Counted from the first letter of the stretch, positions 19,582 to 28,897 are shown. The stretch: DNA of 64,000 bases from Trueperaceae bacterium (GCA_965214405.1 OZ243956.1:4224001-4288000), one strand, 5' to 3'. Notes: generated from the sequence alone by a model not told the origin. Program-made: numbers and translations.

Positions 19582-19597
19582 TCCCATAGTATAGCAA

Positions 19598-19846
19598 GTC
19601 GAAATAGCTGTTAACCTCGTAGAGGATTAAAACCGCATGTTCTTGAGCCGCGAGAATTACAAGCGGATGTCGGAACAGTTGCTAACCTCGTAGAGGATTG
19701 AAATCGCGGGTTGCCAGGCGTCACACGCGCGCGGGCGTGTCGGATAGCCGTTAACCTCGTAGAGGATTGAAACTGCCAGTAGATAAGGTCGCGCGAACGT
19801 TAACACATATGTCGGAATAGCTGTTAACCTCAAAGATGGCTGAAAC
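19598..19846 (+). CRISPR. Degenerate continuation of the array: 4 mutated repeats, 3 spacers
   Basis: Repeats at 19598-19633, 19669-19704, 19739-19773 (1-nt deletion), 19811-19846. Confidence 0.9.
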
Positions 19847-19980
19847 TGTTCATTTTCTGAACCCTCCAAACATGAGCTGAAAGAACCGTGTCTTCAGAAG
19901 TTGAGTTATTCGGCGTTGAGCCCCCACCCACGCAACGAAGCGTACAAGCCGCCTGATAGCGTGATCTGCTACACTGGTAC

Positions 19981-20322
19981 ATGGCGACTATAAACCTCCC
20001 GGATGAGCTGGCCGAGCGCGTCGCGCCGTTCGGTTATTGGTTGCCGACGGTTCTGAAGATAGGTTTGCTCAAGCTGAGAACGCCCGCAGTCGAAACCGCG
20101 AGCGAACTCGTGGCGTTTTTATCGACCAATCCGTCGGCGCAAGAGGTGCAAGCTTATCACGCCTCCGAAGGGTCTCAAACACGCGTGCGTCAGCTTTTGG
20201 TGCTAAACCGAGCTGGCGTGATCGGTGAGGCCGAAGTCGAGGAGCTTGATGAGCTGCTCAAGCTCGAGCATGTCATCATGCTCAAATCTCAACTGACATC
20301 TGGCGATACTGCCACTGCGTGA
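19981..20322 (+). CDS. Hypothetical antitoxin-like protein
   Basis: Leaderless TACACT; MATINLPDELAER ribbon-like N-terminus; E..ELDE...LEH C-terminus resembles small proteins often paired with HNH genes. Confidence 0.55.
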   Translation: MATINLPDELAERVAPFGYWLPTVLKIGLLKLRTPAVETASELVAFLSTNPSAQEVQAYHASEGSQTRVRQLLVLNRAGVIGEAEVEELDELLKLEHVIMLKSQLTSGDTATA

Positions 20323-20464
20323 GCCAAACGTTATGGCAACTCGTTTCGAGGTGCGCTTTTCGCGCCCTTAGTGTGTTCTCTTTGTGCCTTATTATACGTT
20401 TGAGCCCCGCCCACACCTCTATAAAAAATTTGTAAGGATTTTGTAAGAGTTCCTGCACTAGGAT

Positions 20465-20550
20465 GTAGGAACGGAAACGGGCGACCCCCTACGCCCCCTT
20501 TCCGCCTCCTCCCTAAAACCCCGCGCTCTCCTCCGCGGGGTTCTTTCTTT
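20465..20550 (+). ncRNA. Candidate small RNA (5' hairpin, CU-rich linker, intrinsic terminator)
   Basis: TAGGAT -10 at 20459-20464; CCTCCTCCC; terminator AACCCCGCG/CGCGGGGTT then CTTTCTTT. Confidence 0.35.
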
Positions 20551-20710
20551 GGGGCGCTCTGTTCTTTCGTAAGGTTTGTAAGAAAAGAGTAACGCTCTTT
20601 TGGTTTCAGCTCATAAGCTGTATAAACTTCTTTATCCGGTCCGGTCGCAACGACGGCCTCGAGTCCCAACACGACACGCGCGCCTCACGTGACAGGGTAG
20701 GCTCGAGGGC

Positions 20711-22984
20711 GTGAACACCCTGCCCAACGCCCTCGGCGACGCCCCCAGCTACCACGCGTGGCTGAGGGGGCGCGCGGACTACCGCGGGCAAATTGCCTTT
20801 TCCGCTTTTTTCCCGCCGCGCGGCGAAGGGGAGAAAACCCCCTACACCGGACGGTACGCGCCGCTGTTAGCGCGTTTGGGCGTGCAACCCTACCGCCACC
20901 AGGTCGAGGTGCTCGCCGCTGCGGAAGGGGGCTGCAACGTGGTGGTGGCGACGCCCACCGCCTCGGGTAAGTCGCTCGGCTATCAGGTGCCGACGCTTCA
21001 CGCACTTAGGGAGGGCGGCGCGGCGCTCTACCTCTTCCCAACCAAAGCGCTCGCGCACGACCAGTTGGACAAGCTTCGGGGGCTCGCGTCGGCTTTGGGC
21101 GTAGAAGGGCTCATCACCCCCTACGACGGCGACACGCCCACCGCCAAACGGCGCGAGGTGCGTGAGCGGGCTGCGTGCATCCTCACCAACCCCGACATGC
21201 TCCACTACGGCATCCTGCCGCACCACGCTGCCTGGGCGCACTTTTTAGGAAGTTTGAAGTTTATCGTGGTGGACGAGCTTCACGCGTACCGGGGGGTGAT
21301 GGGGACGCACGTCGCCAATATCTTGCGCCGCTTGCTGCGTTTGGCGCGTCACTACGGCGCGTCGCCGCAGGTGGTCGCGGCGAGCGCGACCATCGGCAAC
21401 CCGGCGGCGCACGCGCGCGCGCTTACGGGGCTCGGGTTCGTCGCCGTGCGCGAGGACGCGGGGCCGCGCGCCGCGCGCGAACTCCTCTTCTGGCGTCCGC
21501 CCGAACTGCCCGGTGAGGAGGGGAGACGCCGTTCGGTCAATACCGAAGCCGCCGACTTGGCGCGCCTGTTCGTACGCGCGGGGCTCAAGAGCATCTTTTT
21601 TTGCGCCTCGCGCAAGGGCGCGGAACTCTTGCGCCGCTACGCGCGCGAGGGGCTGGGCGACGACGAGGCGGCGCGGCTGCAAAGCTACCGCGCGGGCTAC
21701 ACCCCCGAGGACCGCCGCGCCATCGAGCGAGGCTTCAAGGAGGGTGACATCCGCGTCTTGACCGCGACGAGCGCGTTGGAGCTTGGTGTCGACGTGGGCG
21801 GCGTGGACGCGGTGGTCTTGGTCGGCTATCCCGGCTCGATGACCGCGCTTTGGCAGCGTGCGGGCCGCGCGGGCCGGGGCGACACGCGTTCCCTGACGCT
21901 GCTCATCCCCGGCAACGACCCGCTGGACGAATACTACTTGACCCACCCCGAGCTCATCGCCGAGGGCCGCGCCGAAAACGCGGTCGCGGACGCGTTCAAT
22001 ACCGAACTCCACCCGCGCCACTTGGCCTGCGCCGCCTTTGAAAAACCGCTCACGGAGGATGAAGACATCGTCGGCGACGCTGACCTCTCGCGCCTGCCCC
22101 GCTTTCATAACCACAAGGGCCGCTGGTTCTACCAGGGCGTGTACCCGCACAAACATTTGAGCGTGCGCGGCACGGGCGGTAAACAAATCGTTCTCAAAAA
22201 CGGCTTGAACAAGTCTTTGGGCGTCAGCGACCCCGCCACCGCGCTGCGCGAGCTTCATCCGGGGGCCGTCTATTTGCACCAGGGCGAGAGTTATTTGGTG
22301 CGTAACTTAGACTTAGGGCACGGCGTCGCCATCCTTTTACCCCACCTCGAGGACTACTATACGCAGGCGCGCTCAATCACCGACATCGAAATCGTGGGTG
22401 AGGAAGCGCCTCTTTATGGGGTCCCCGGCTACGGCGTCAACGTCGGTCGCGTCAGGGTCACCAGCCAGGTCACCTCTTTTGTCCGCAAGCGCCTCTTTAG
22501 CGAGGCGGTCCTGGATGAACGGGGGTTAGACCTTCCCGAAGTCGCTTACTCAACTCAGGCGTTATGGTTCAACGTGCGTTCGGCGGCAAATACGCTCCAC
22601 CCCAGCTTCCTGCCCGCCGCGATGCACGCGTTGGAGCACACGCTCATCGGCCTCCTACCCGCTTTCGTCCTCTGCGAGCGCGCCGACGTGGGTGGCGTGT
22701 CCTATCCCGCGTACCCTCTCACGGGTGAGCCGCTCGTTTTCATCTACGACGGCTACCCCGGCGGCGTCGGCTACGCGCGCGCGGGCGCGGCGCTCTTTAC
22801 CGACTGGCTGAGCGCCGCTCGAGACCTCCTCCAGACCTGTTCGTGCAAGGACGGTTGCCCGCGCTGCATTCTGTCACCCAAATGCGGCAACGGCAACCAG
22901 ACTTTAGACAAAGGCGCGGCGCTGATGCTGGCCGAGGCGCTGCTCGAGCGGCTAAAAAGTGTGCGGGTGGGGCTCGAGGCTTAG
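20711..22984 (+). CDS. DEAD/DEAH-box helicase with C-terminal DUF1998 Zn domain (Hrq1/YprA/SftH-like)
   Basis: TPTASGKS, PTKALAHDQ, DELH, SAT, QRAGRAGR, CSCKDGCPRC. Confidence 0.92.
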   Translation: MNTLPNALGDAPSYHAWLRGRADYRGQIAFSAFFPPRGEGEKTPYTGRYAPLLARLGVQPYRHQVEVLAAAEGGCNVVVATPTASGKSLGYQVPTLHALREGGAALYLFPTKALAHDQLDKLRGLASALGVEGLITPYDGDTPTAKRREVRERAACILTNPDMLHYGILPHHAAWAHFLGSLKFIVVDELHAYRGVMGTHVANILRRLLRLARHYGASPQVVAASATIGNPAAHARALTGLGFVAVREDAGPRAARELLFWRPPELPGEEGRRRSVNTEAADLARLFVRAGLKSIFFCASRKGAELLRRYAREGLGDDEAARLQSYRAGYTPEDRRAIERGFKEGDIRVLTATSALELGVDVGGVDAVVLVGYPGSMTALWQRAGRAGRGDTRSLTLLIPGNDPLDEYYLTHPELIAEGRAENAVADAFNTELHPRHLACAAFEKPLTEDEDIVGDADLSRLPRFHNHKGRWFYQGVYPHKHLSVRGTGGKQIVLKNGLNKSLGVSDPATALRELHPGAVYLHQGESYLVRNLDLGHGVAILLPHLEDYYTQARSITDIEIVGEEAPLYGVPGYGVNVGRVRVTSQVTSFVRKRLFSEAVLDERGLDLPEVAYSTQALWFNVRSAANTLHPSFLPAAMHALEHTLIGLLPAFVLCERADVGGVSYPAYPLTGEPLVFIYDGYPGGVGYARAGAALFTDWLSAARDLLQTCSCKDGCPRCILSPKCGNGNQTLDKGAALMLAEALLERLKSVRVGLEA

Positions 22985-23004
22985 AACCCGCACCTTCTAA
23001 CGGT

Positions 23005-23376
23005 TCAGGTGCGGCTCAACAACCCCAGGATGCCCACAGGCAGCAGTAAAGTCCATTGCGGCAACCGGAAAACGCCCCCTAACCGGTTCACGCGTACAGA
23101 AATGGCGAGGAAAAGGATACCGAACAGCAGCCATAGGATTGAAAAGAAGACAATAAATCCGGGCTGCATCATACCCAAGCCCGCGCCCAGAAAACCGAGC
23201 GCCGACATCACGAAGAAAGCGGATACAAAGTGCCAGCAGGCATAAAGCGCGTATTTAACGTCGTTGGTCAGCGAGGTGCTGAGAAGGGGTCTGGCAACAT
23301 CGTTTCCACCGGCAAAAATATGGATGGCGCTCGTTAGAAGCGCTAAAACTCCGGCAGCTATTAATAACCAATTCAT
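23005..23376 (-). CDS. Small 4-TM membrane protein
   Basis: Hydrophobic segments; HIFAGG, WH and LPQW motifs. Confidence 0.7.
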   Translation of the reverse strand: MNWLLIAAGVLALLTSAIHIFAGGNDVARPLLSTSLTNDVKYALYACWHFVSAFFVMSALGFLGAGLGMMQPGFIVFFSILWLLFGILFLAISVRVNRLGGVFRLPQWTLLLPVGILGLLSRT

Positions 23377-23537
23377 GTTTTCAACGCACGACCTGCCTCG
23401 AGCACAAGCCGGACCGCTTCTTGCAAGGTTTCTCTCGCCTCCTCGAGCGTGTCCCCTTGCGTGTTTGCGCCGGGTAATTCTTCGATAAAACCGATATAAC
23501 CCTCGGGCACGCGTTCAAATACAGCCGTGAGTTTCAT
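23373..23537 (-). CDS. HicB-like (UPF0150) antitoxin, 54 aa, no hicA
   Basis: Not in ORF track. MKLTAVFERVPEGYIGFIEELPGANTQGDTLEEARETLQEAV; leaderless TAACAT at 23544-23549. Confidence 0.8.
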   Translation of the reverse strand: MKLTAVFERVPEGYIGFIEELPGANTQGDTLEEARETLQEAVRLVLEAGRALKT

Positions 23538-23690
23538 GGGGTGATGTTAGCACGCGGGCTCGAGGCTTGGAACCGCAGTCCGAGGCCTTTCTGTAAGCTC
23601 CTACAGTATAAAATTTTTGGCGCTCGAACGCCATAAGGAGCCTTCCTGAAGTCTGCCTCAGCCGCCGCTAGGGTAGGGGGCGAGGTTGTT

Positions 23691-24242
23691 ATGACTTTTG
23701 TTTATCATCAAGTGCCCCCCGGTATGGTGGGGGAAACGCTCTATCCGCTAAAAACCTTGGAGCGACTCGAGCCTACGCTCTACAAAGCACAAATTGCCAA
23801 ATATAACGACCATCCCGCCCGGCAACGCATTCCCTATCAAAGCATTCCCAAACTCGGCTGCTCGCGCGCCGAAACGCTCAATTTCGCGCCCCTGCACCCG
23901 CGCCACATTTATCTCGAGTGGGAGACTTTAGGCGTGACGCTGCCCGAGGTACGCTGGTACAAAATTCCCGTTCGTCACATCGCTCACCTCCCCGCCGTCA
24001 TCTACAAGCCGGGAGAGGAAAGAAGCGTCGGGGACGATATTCCTGAGGATAGGGTTGATGTATTCAATCCTGCTACATACGAGGAACTGACGGCGCTGCC
24101 GCAGAAAACGCGCGACTGGTATCTTTCGCTTCACACCCGCGGACGCAAGGGCGCGTGGTTTGCCCACGTCCCTCATGTTTTGGTCCGGGGCGCTGTGTCG
24201 GTACGAGAGGCTGAGGTGATTGACTGGCGCGACGCGCTCTAA
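23691..24242 (+). CDS. Hypothetical protein
   Basis: 183-aa ORF with RBS and protein-like composition. Confidence 0.6.
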   Translation: MTFVYHQVPPGMVGETLYPLKTLERLEPTLYKAQIAKYNDHPARQRIPYQSIPKLGCSRAETLNFAPLHPRHIYLEWETLGVTLPEVRWYKIPVRHIAHLPAVIYKPGEERSVGDDIPEDRVDVFNPATYEELTALPQKTRDWYLSLHTRGRKGAWFAHVPHVLVRGAVSVREAEVIDWRDAL

Positions 24243-24391
24243 ACTCGAATGGGGGCAAAGGTAGCCCATTGCGCCGTGGTAGAAGCGGGCGTTAACGCCC
24301 TTTTTAATTCTGGACAGAATAAATCTTTATCCCTGTTGCCGCTCAAGTTCCTCTCAGAGACTACCGTTTACAATGGTGCTAGGGAGGGTTT

Positions 24392-25318
24392 ATGAACATA
24401 CTTGTCACCGGCGCAACCGGATTTGTGGGAAGCGCTGTGGTTAGAGCCCTACTCGGTGCGGGTCACACCGTGACCGGCCTCGTCAGAACGCCAGCCAAAG
24501 CCCAGGCCCTCGAGGCTTTAGGGATGCGCTCAGCCGTAGGCGACATGCTCGAGCCCCAAACGTACACGCCCCTCGTAAAAGAGGTTGACGCCGTCATTCA
24601 AGCCGCGCAATACGGTGTATCGGGGCGGATGACGAACAAAAAAGTCGCGCAGATCAACCACGCGGACGAGGTGATGACCTTGGCGTTGGCGGAAGCCTGT
24701 TTGGAGCACAATAAAGTTCTGCTCTACACCAACGGCTGCTTCGGCTACGGCGACCACGGCGACGCCTGGATTACCGAAAAGACGCCGCTCTCTCCGTCGC
24801 CGATGGGCGTGGGTCACGCCGCCGTGGTCGAGCGGTTGCTGGACCTTTATAAAACCAAAAACCTGAAAGTCATCGTCCTTACGGCGGGGTTTGTGTACGG
24901 TCCCGGTGGGCTGTTCAAGACTTCGTTTTACGATACGCTGACGAAAAACCAGTTGCGCGTGTTCGGCGCGGGGCAAAACTACTGGAGCACGGTGCATGTG
25001 GACGACCTGGCGGGGGCGTTTGTAAGGGCGCTCGAGGTGAACACTTACGGAGAAAATTTCAACGTCGTAGACGACGAACCCGTGCGCCTGCGCGACATGG
25101 TCGACGCCGTCACCGAGGCGGCGGGCCGCAAGCGCGTGGGCAGCATCCCGCCCTGGCTCATCGGCCTGATGATAGGCCCGCCCGTCGTTGCGTCGCTCAC
25201 GACGTCGTTTAGGGTAAAAAACGACAAGGCAAAAGAGGTTTTGGATTGGACGCCGCGCTATCCGACGTTTGGGTCGGGTGTGGGTGAGGTGGTTAGGGAG
25301 CTCGAGGGGCGTGCGTAA
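24392..25318 (+). CDS. NAD-dependent epimerase/dehydratase (extended SDR)
   Basis: ILVTGATGFVGS, VHVDDLA. Confidence 0.88.
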   Translation: MNILVTGATGFVGSAVVRALLGAGHTVTGLVRTPAKAQALEALGMRSAVGDMLEPQTYTPLVKEVDAVIQAAQYGVSGRMTNKKVAQINHADEVMTLALAEACLEHNKVLLYTNGCFGYGDHGDAWITEKTPLSPSPMGVGHAAVVERLLDLYKTKNLKVIVLTAGFVYGPGGLFKTSFYDTLTKNQLRVFGAGQNYWSTVHVDDLAGAFVRALEVNTYGENFNVVDDEPVRLRDMVDAVTEAAGRKRVGSIPPWLIGLMIGPPVVASLTTSFRVKNDKAKEVLDWTPRYPTFGSGVGEVVRELEGRA

Positions 25319-25353
25319 AGCCTCGCCACCCCAAGTGCCGTTCTACCCTGTAG

Positions 25354-25887
25354 CTACTCCCCCCTAAGTTTGCTGTACACCACCAGGTCGCGCCACTCCC
25401 CCGCGCGCCACTGCGCCCCTCTCGCCACGCCCTCACGCGTAAACCCAGCTTTTTCCAACGCGCGCTGCTCCGCCACGTTGGTCACGTCGGTTGACGCCTC
25501 GACGCGCATGACGGGGTGGGTTGAAAAAAGGTACGCCGCGAACAGCCGCTGCGCCTCGCTGCCGTAGCCTTTGCCGCGACTTTCGGGAGCGAGCGTGATG
25601 CCGATGTTGTACGCCCGACTTCCCTCGTTGGGTCCATACGCCACCCCGTGATAACTCACGCTGCCGACGACTTCCTCGGTTTCACGCTCTAGCACGAGGA
25701 GCGCCCCGCCGTGGGGGTCGAGCAGACCGTTTTTATTGAACTCTTCCTCGAGCCTCACATGCCGAAAGCCAAACGTGTTGTATTCGGAGTTGTGTAGGGG
25801 GTCGTTGGCCCAGCGCTCGAGCAGCGCCAAATCGGGACGCTTTACAGGTCTCAAACCCACCAGGTCGTCTCTAGTCACGCCAGCCAC
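25354..25887 (-). CDS. RimJ/RimL-type GNAT acetyltransferase
   Basis: RGKGYGSEA, NVAEQRALEKAGFTREG. Confidence 0.88.
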   Translation of the reverse strand: MAGVTRDDLVGLRPVKRPDLALLERWANDPLHNSEYNTFGFRHVRLEEEFNKNGLLDPHGGALLVLERETEEVVGSVSYHGVAYGPNEGSRAYNIGITLAPESRGKGYGSEAQRLFAAYLFSTHPVMRVEASTDVTNVAEQRALEKAGFTREGVARGAQWRAGEWRDLVVYSKLRGE

Positions 25888-25945
25888 CCTTCACTGTACC
25901 AGTGTAGTGAACATAACAGGTGACAACGCAGCCCCCGGTCTATGC

Positions 25946-26923
25946 CTAGCCCTCTTTGAGGGTCCACTCGAGCAGCGCCTCTAAACTAGCCGTCGCCAGC
26001 CCGACCACGCGGTCGGCGCCGCCGTAATAAAGGTAAATGGTGCCGTCTACCACCGGATTGGCGGTCCCGAAAACGACGAAGGGCACATCCCCGCGAATCT
26101 CCCACGTCTCTTTGGGGGCCAGGATGGGTGTTTCGGGGCGCTTAAGGACCTTGCTGGGGTCGGCCTTGTCGAGTAGCGCCGCGCCCATGCAGTAGATGTG
26201 GTAGTCGTTGTAGCCGTGGTAGAGCACCAGCCACCCGGCCTCCGTGTCGATGGGCGGGCCGCCCGCGCCGACGCGTTTGCCGTCCCAGAGGCCGGGGCGC
26301 GGCTTTAAGATTTCCTTGTGCCCGCTCCAGGATTTGACGTCGTCACTAAACGCAATCCAGATGCTCGGCGGACGCCTATGGAAGGTCACGAACTTGCCGC
26401 CGATTTTGGCGGGAAAAAGCGCGTGGTCTTTGTTGTCTTCGTCTTCGACGAGAGGCCCCAGCGTGTCCCAGGTGATGAGGTTGTCGCTCACCGCGTACAT
26501 GGGCGTAATGCCCAGGGGCGGCACCCCGACGGGCGCGTGCAGGCCCTTGCGGCTGTAAGCGGTGTAGGCCATGTAGAAGCGCCCGTTTAGCTCGGTCACT
26601 CGAGGGTCCTCCACGCCCCGCGCGTCGAGTTCCGAAAGGGGACTCAAAACGGGCTGACGCAGGCGGTTCCAGGAAACGCCGTCCGCGGAAACCGCGTAGC
26701 CGATGTGTGAAACGTAGTCGAGACCCTGTGCGCGGTAGTGCATATGAAAAAGGCCGTTGTGACGAATCACCGAAGGGTTAAAGGTGTTGAGCGCTTCCCA
26801 CGCGTTGGTGGGCTCCGGCCTTAACACCGGGTTAGCCGGGTGACGCCGGAAATGGCCGCTCTCAGCCAGGTTGTAAAACGCTTCGGGCGCGCTGCTCGGG
26901 TCGAGTCGGGGTTGCTGGGTCAT
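25946..26923 (-). CDS. GH130 glycoside phosphorylase/hydrolase (mannoside-type)
   Basis: FNPS, GVEDPRV, NKDHALFP, HRR, GAGGPPI, WLVLYHG, YYGGAD. Confidence 0.88.
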   Translation of the reverse strand: MTQQPRLDPSSAPEAFYNLAESGHFRRHPANPVLRPEPTNAWEALNTFNPSVIRHNGLFHMHYRAQGLDYVSHIGYAVSADGVSWNRLRQPVLSPLSELDARGVEDPRVTELNGRFYMAYTAYSRKGLHAPVGVPPLGITPMYAVSDNLITWDTLGPLVEDEDNKDHALFPAKIGGKFVTFHRRPPSIWIAFSDDVKSWSGHKEILKPRPGLWDGKRVGAGGPPIDTEAGWLVLYHGYNDYHIYCMGAALLDKADPSKVLKRPETPILAPKETWEIRGDVPFVVFGTANPVVDGTIYLYYGGADRVVGLATASLEALLEWTLKEG

Positions 26924-27076
26924 CAGGGGGGCCTCCAGAGACGTGAGGATGTCGGCAAAATGCTACGGTGAACCGCGCCCAGCAAATGTGAGGCGCAGAC
27001 ACCGTTGTGAACTACGTGGATAACCCACCGACGTGGGCAACAGAGTGTAGCAATATATCGGGGCGTCATCACCCGA

Positions 27077-27937
27077 CTACTTGAACACGAAACTGATGCC
27101 CCTCGTAAAGTAGCCCCGGAAAAACCAGAACACGATCAGAACAGGCAGCGTCAGCACGGTACTCGCCGCGTAAAGCGGGCCGGGGTGCGAGGCGTAGGTC
27201 GAGTTGAGCGTGGCGACGAGCACGTTCAGGGTCATCATCGACTGACCGCTGACGACGAGCAGGTCCCAGAGCAGTTCGCCCCAGCGCTCCATAAACAAAA
27301 AGAGCGCGACGATGGTCGTGATGGGCACCGAAATGGGCACGACGATGCGAAAGACAATTTGCAGTTCCGACGCGCCGTCGATGCGCGCGGCGTCGATGAC
27401 GTCTTTGCTGATCGACCTGAAAAAAGAGGCGTACATGAAGATGGCCCAGACGCTCACGGCCTTGGGCAGAATCATCGCAAAGTAGGTGTTGTAAAGCCCT
27501 AAGCTCCGCACCACCAGAAAACTCGGCACCAACAAGATGATGGCCGGAAAGAACATCTGAAACAAGATGACGTTGTCGAGGAGCGCGCGCCCGCGAAAGC
27601 GCACCTGGGCCAAGGCGTAGCCCATCATCCCGGCGGACACGACCATCAGCGTTGCGCTGCCTAAGGTCACGATAAAGCTGTTGAGCAGCGCGCGCAGCCA
27701 GGGGTCGTTGGCCCCGCCCTCGAAAAATAGCCAACTGTAGGACCTGAGGGTCAATGAGGTTGGAATCCAGAGCCTGTTGACTTCGTCCCAGGGCGCGAGC
27801 GATTGCAGCACGAGGTAGACAAAAGGAAACACGGCGATGAGCACGCCAATCAGAAGAGCGGCGATGCGTAAAACCGTGCCCAAGCTCGGTAGCCGCTTGG
27901 ACGCGCGCCCGGCGCTAGGCCTCTTGGTCGCCACCAT
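27077..27937 (-). CDS. Carbohydrate ABC transporter permease
   Basis: DAARIDGAS EAA loop; multiple TM segments. Confidence 0.92.
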   Translation of the reverse strand: MVATKRPSAGRASKRLPSLGTVLRIAALLIGVLIAVFPFVYLVLQSLAPWDEVNRLWIPTSLTLRSYSWLFFEGGANDPWLRALLNSFIVTLGSATLMVVSAGMMGYALAQVRFRGRALLDNVILFQMFFPAIILLVPSFLVVRSLGLYNTYFAMILPKAVSVWAIFMYASFFRSISKDVIDAARIDGASELQIVFRIVVPISVPITTIVALFLFMERWGELLWDLLVVSGQSMMTLNVLVATLNSTYASHPGPLYAASTVLTLPVLIVFWFFRGYFTRGISFVFK

Positions 27938-28808
27938 AGTGCCCTCCCCACCAGCGCATCACGCGCCTGACTAGCAGCACGGCGATAAACACCTCCGCCG
28001 CGTTAAGAAGCGCAATCGACGAGGCGTAGCCCGCCTTGAGGCTCGTAAAAAGTTGCGAATATATTTCTAGGTACCACGTCTGCGTGGCGAGCCCCGGACC
28101 GCCGCCCGTCAGGATATAGGGCTCGGTAAAGATCGAAAACCCCTGACCCACCGACAGGATGATGATGGTGTAAAACGCCGGGTAGAGCATCGGTAGGGTG
28201 ACGGATACGAGCTTGCGCCCGCCCGTCGCGCCGTCGATGTCGGCGGCCTCGTAAAGTTCTTTGGGGATGCCCTGCAATCCGGCCAAAAAAATGAGCGCGA
28301 AGTAGCCCGAGAACTTCCAGGCGATCATCAGCCCGATAATCAGGACAGCCAAAAAGGGGCTTTGGAGCCAGTTGGGGCTCGAGCCCACCGTCCCCCTCAA
28401 GAAGCTGCTAAAGGCGCTGTCATAGGCCAGCACCCCGCGGACAATGAGCGCGACCGCGACGCCCGAGGCCAGATAGGGCAAAAAGAACGCCACCGCCAGG
28501 AAACCCTGAAAGCGCTTGACGCTGTTGATGAGCAGGGCAATCGTGAGCGAGCTGAGCAGCGTCAGGGGCAAAAACACGGCCATAAACGCGAAGGGCGTGA
28601 CCGCGGCGGCGCGCACGCGCGGGCTTCTGAGAGCCGCCGCGAAGTTTTCCAAGCCGATAAAGGGGTGCGTGGGGGAGATGAGGTCCCAGCGGAGAAACGC
28701 CAAGCCCCCGCCCCAGACCAAAGGAATCAGAAAAAACACCAGCGCGTATAAAAGGTAGGGAGAGGTGAGCAGCCAGCCCCACATGGTTTGGTAGCGGTTG
28801 GTGGTCAC
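27915..28808 (-). CDS. Carbohydrate ABC transporter permease
   Basis: ELYEAADIDGA; LTGGGP. Confidence 0.92.
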   Translation of the reverse strand: MTTNRYQTMWGWLLTSPYLLYALVFFLIPLVWGGGLAFLRWDLISPTHPFIGLENFAAALRSPRVRAAAVTPFAFMAVFLPLTLLSSLTIALLINSVKRFQGFLAVAFFLPYLASGVAVALIVRGVLAYDSAFSSFLRGTVGSSPNWLQSPFLAVLIIGLMIAWKFSGYFALIFLAGLQGIPKELYEAADIDGATGGRKLVSVTLPMLYPAFYTIIILSVGQGFSIFTEPYILTGGGPGLATQTWYLEIYSQLFTSLKAGYASSIALLNAAEVFIAVLLVRRVMRWWGGHYGGDQEA

Positions 28809-28897
28809 GGGTTAGAGTCCTAAACCCACCGTACGCTTTGAGGCGGTGTTGGTTGACCCGTTAGTTACCCTGTTAATTACTCGCCGTGAAGCTGGGG

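Noticed and set aside
20331..20672. 113-aa minus-strand ORF
   Set aside because: Low-complexity translation across terminator and repeat DNA with no RBS or domain signal.
20711..22984. DUF1998 helicase as a DISARM/Druantia defence component
   Set aside because: No partner genes; the single-polypeptide architecture fits the housekeeping Hrq1/YprA repair helicase.
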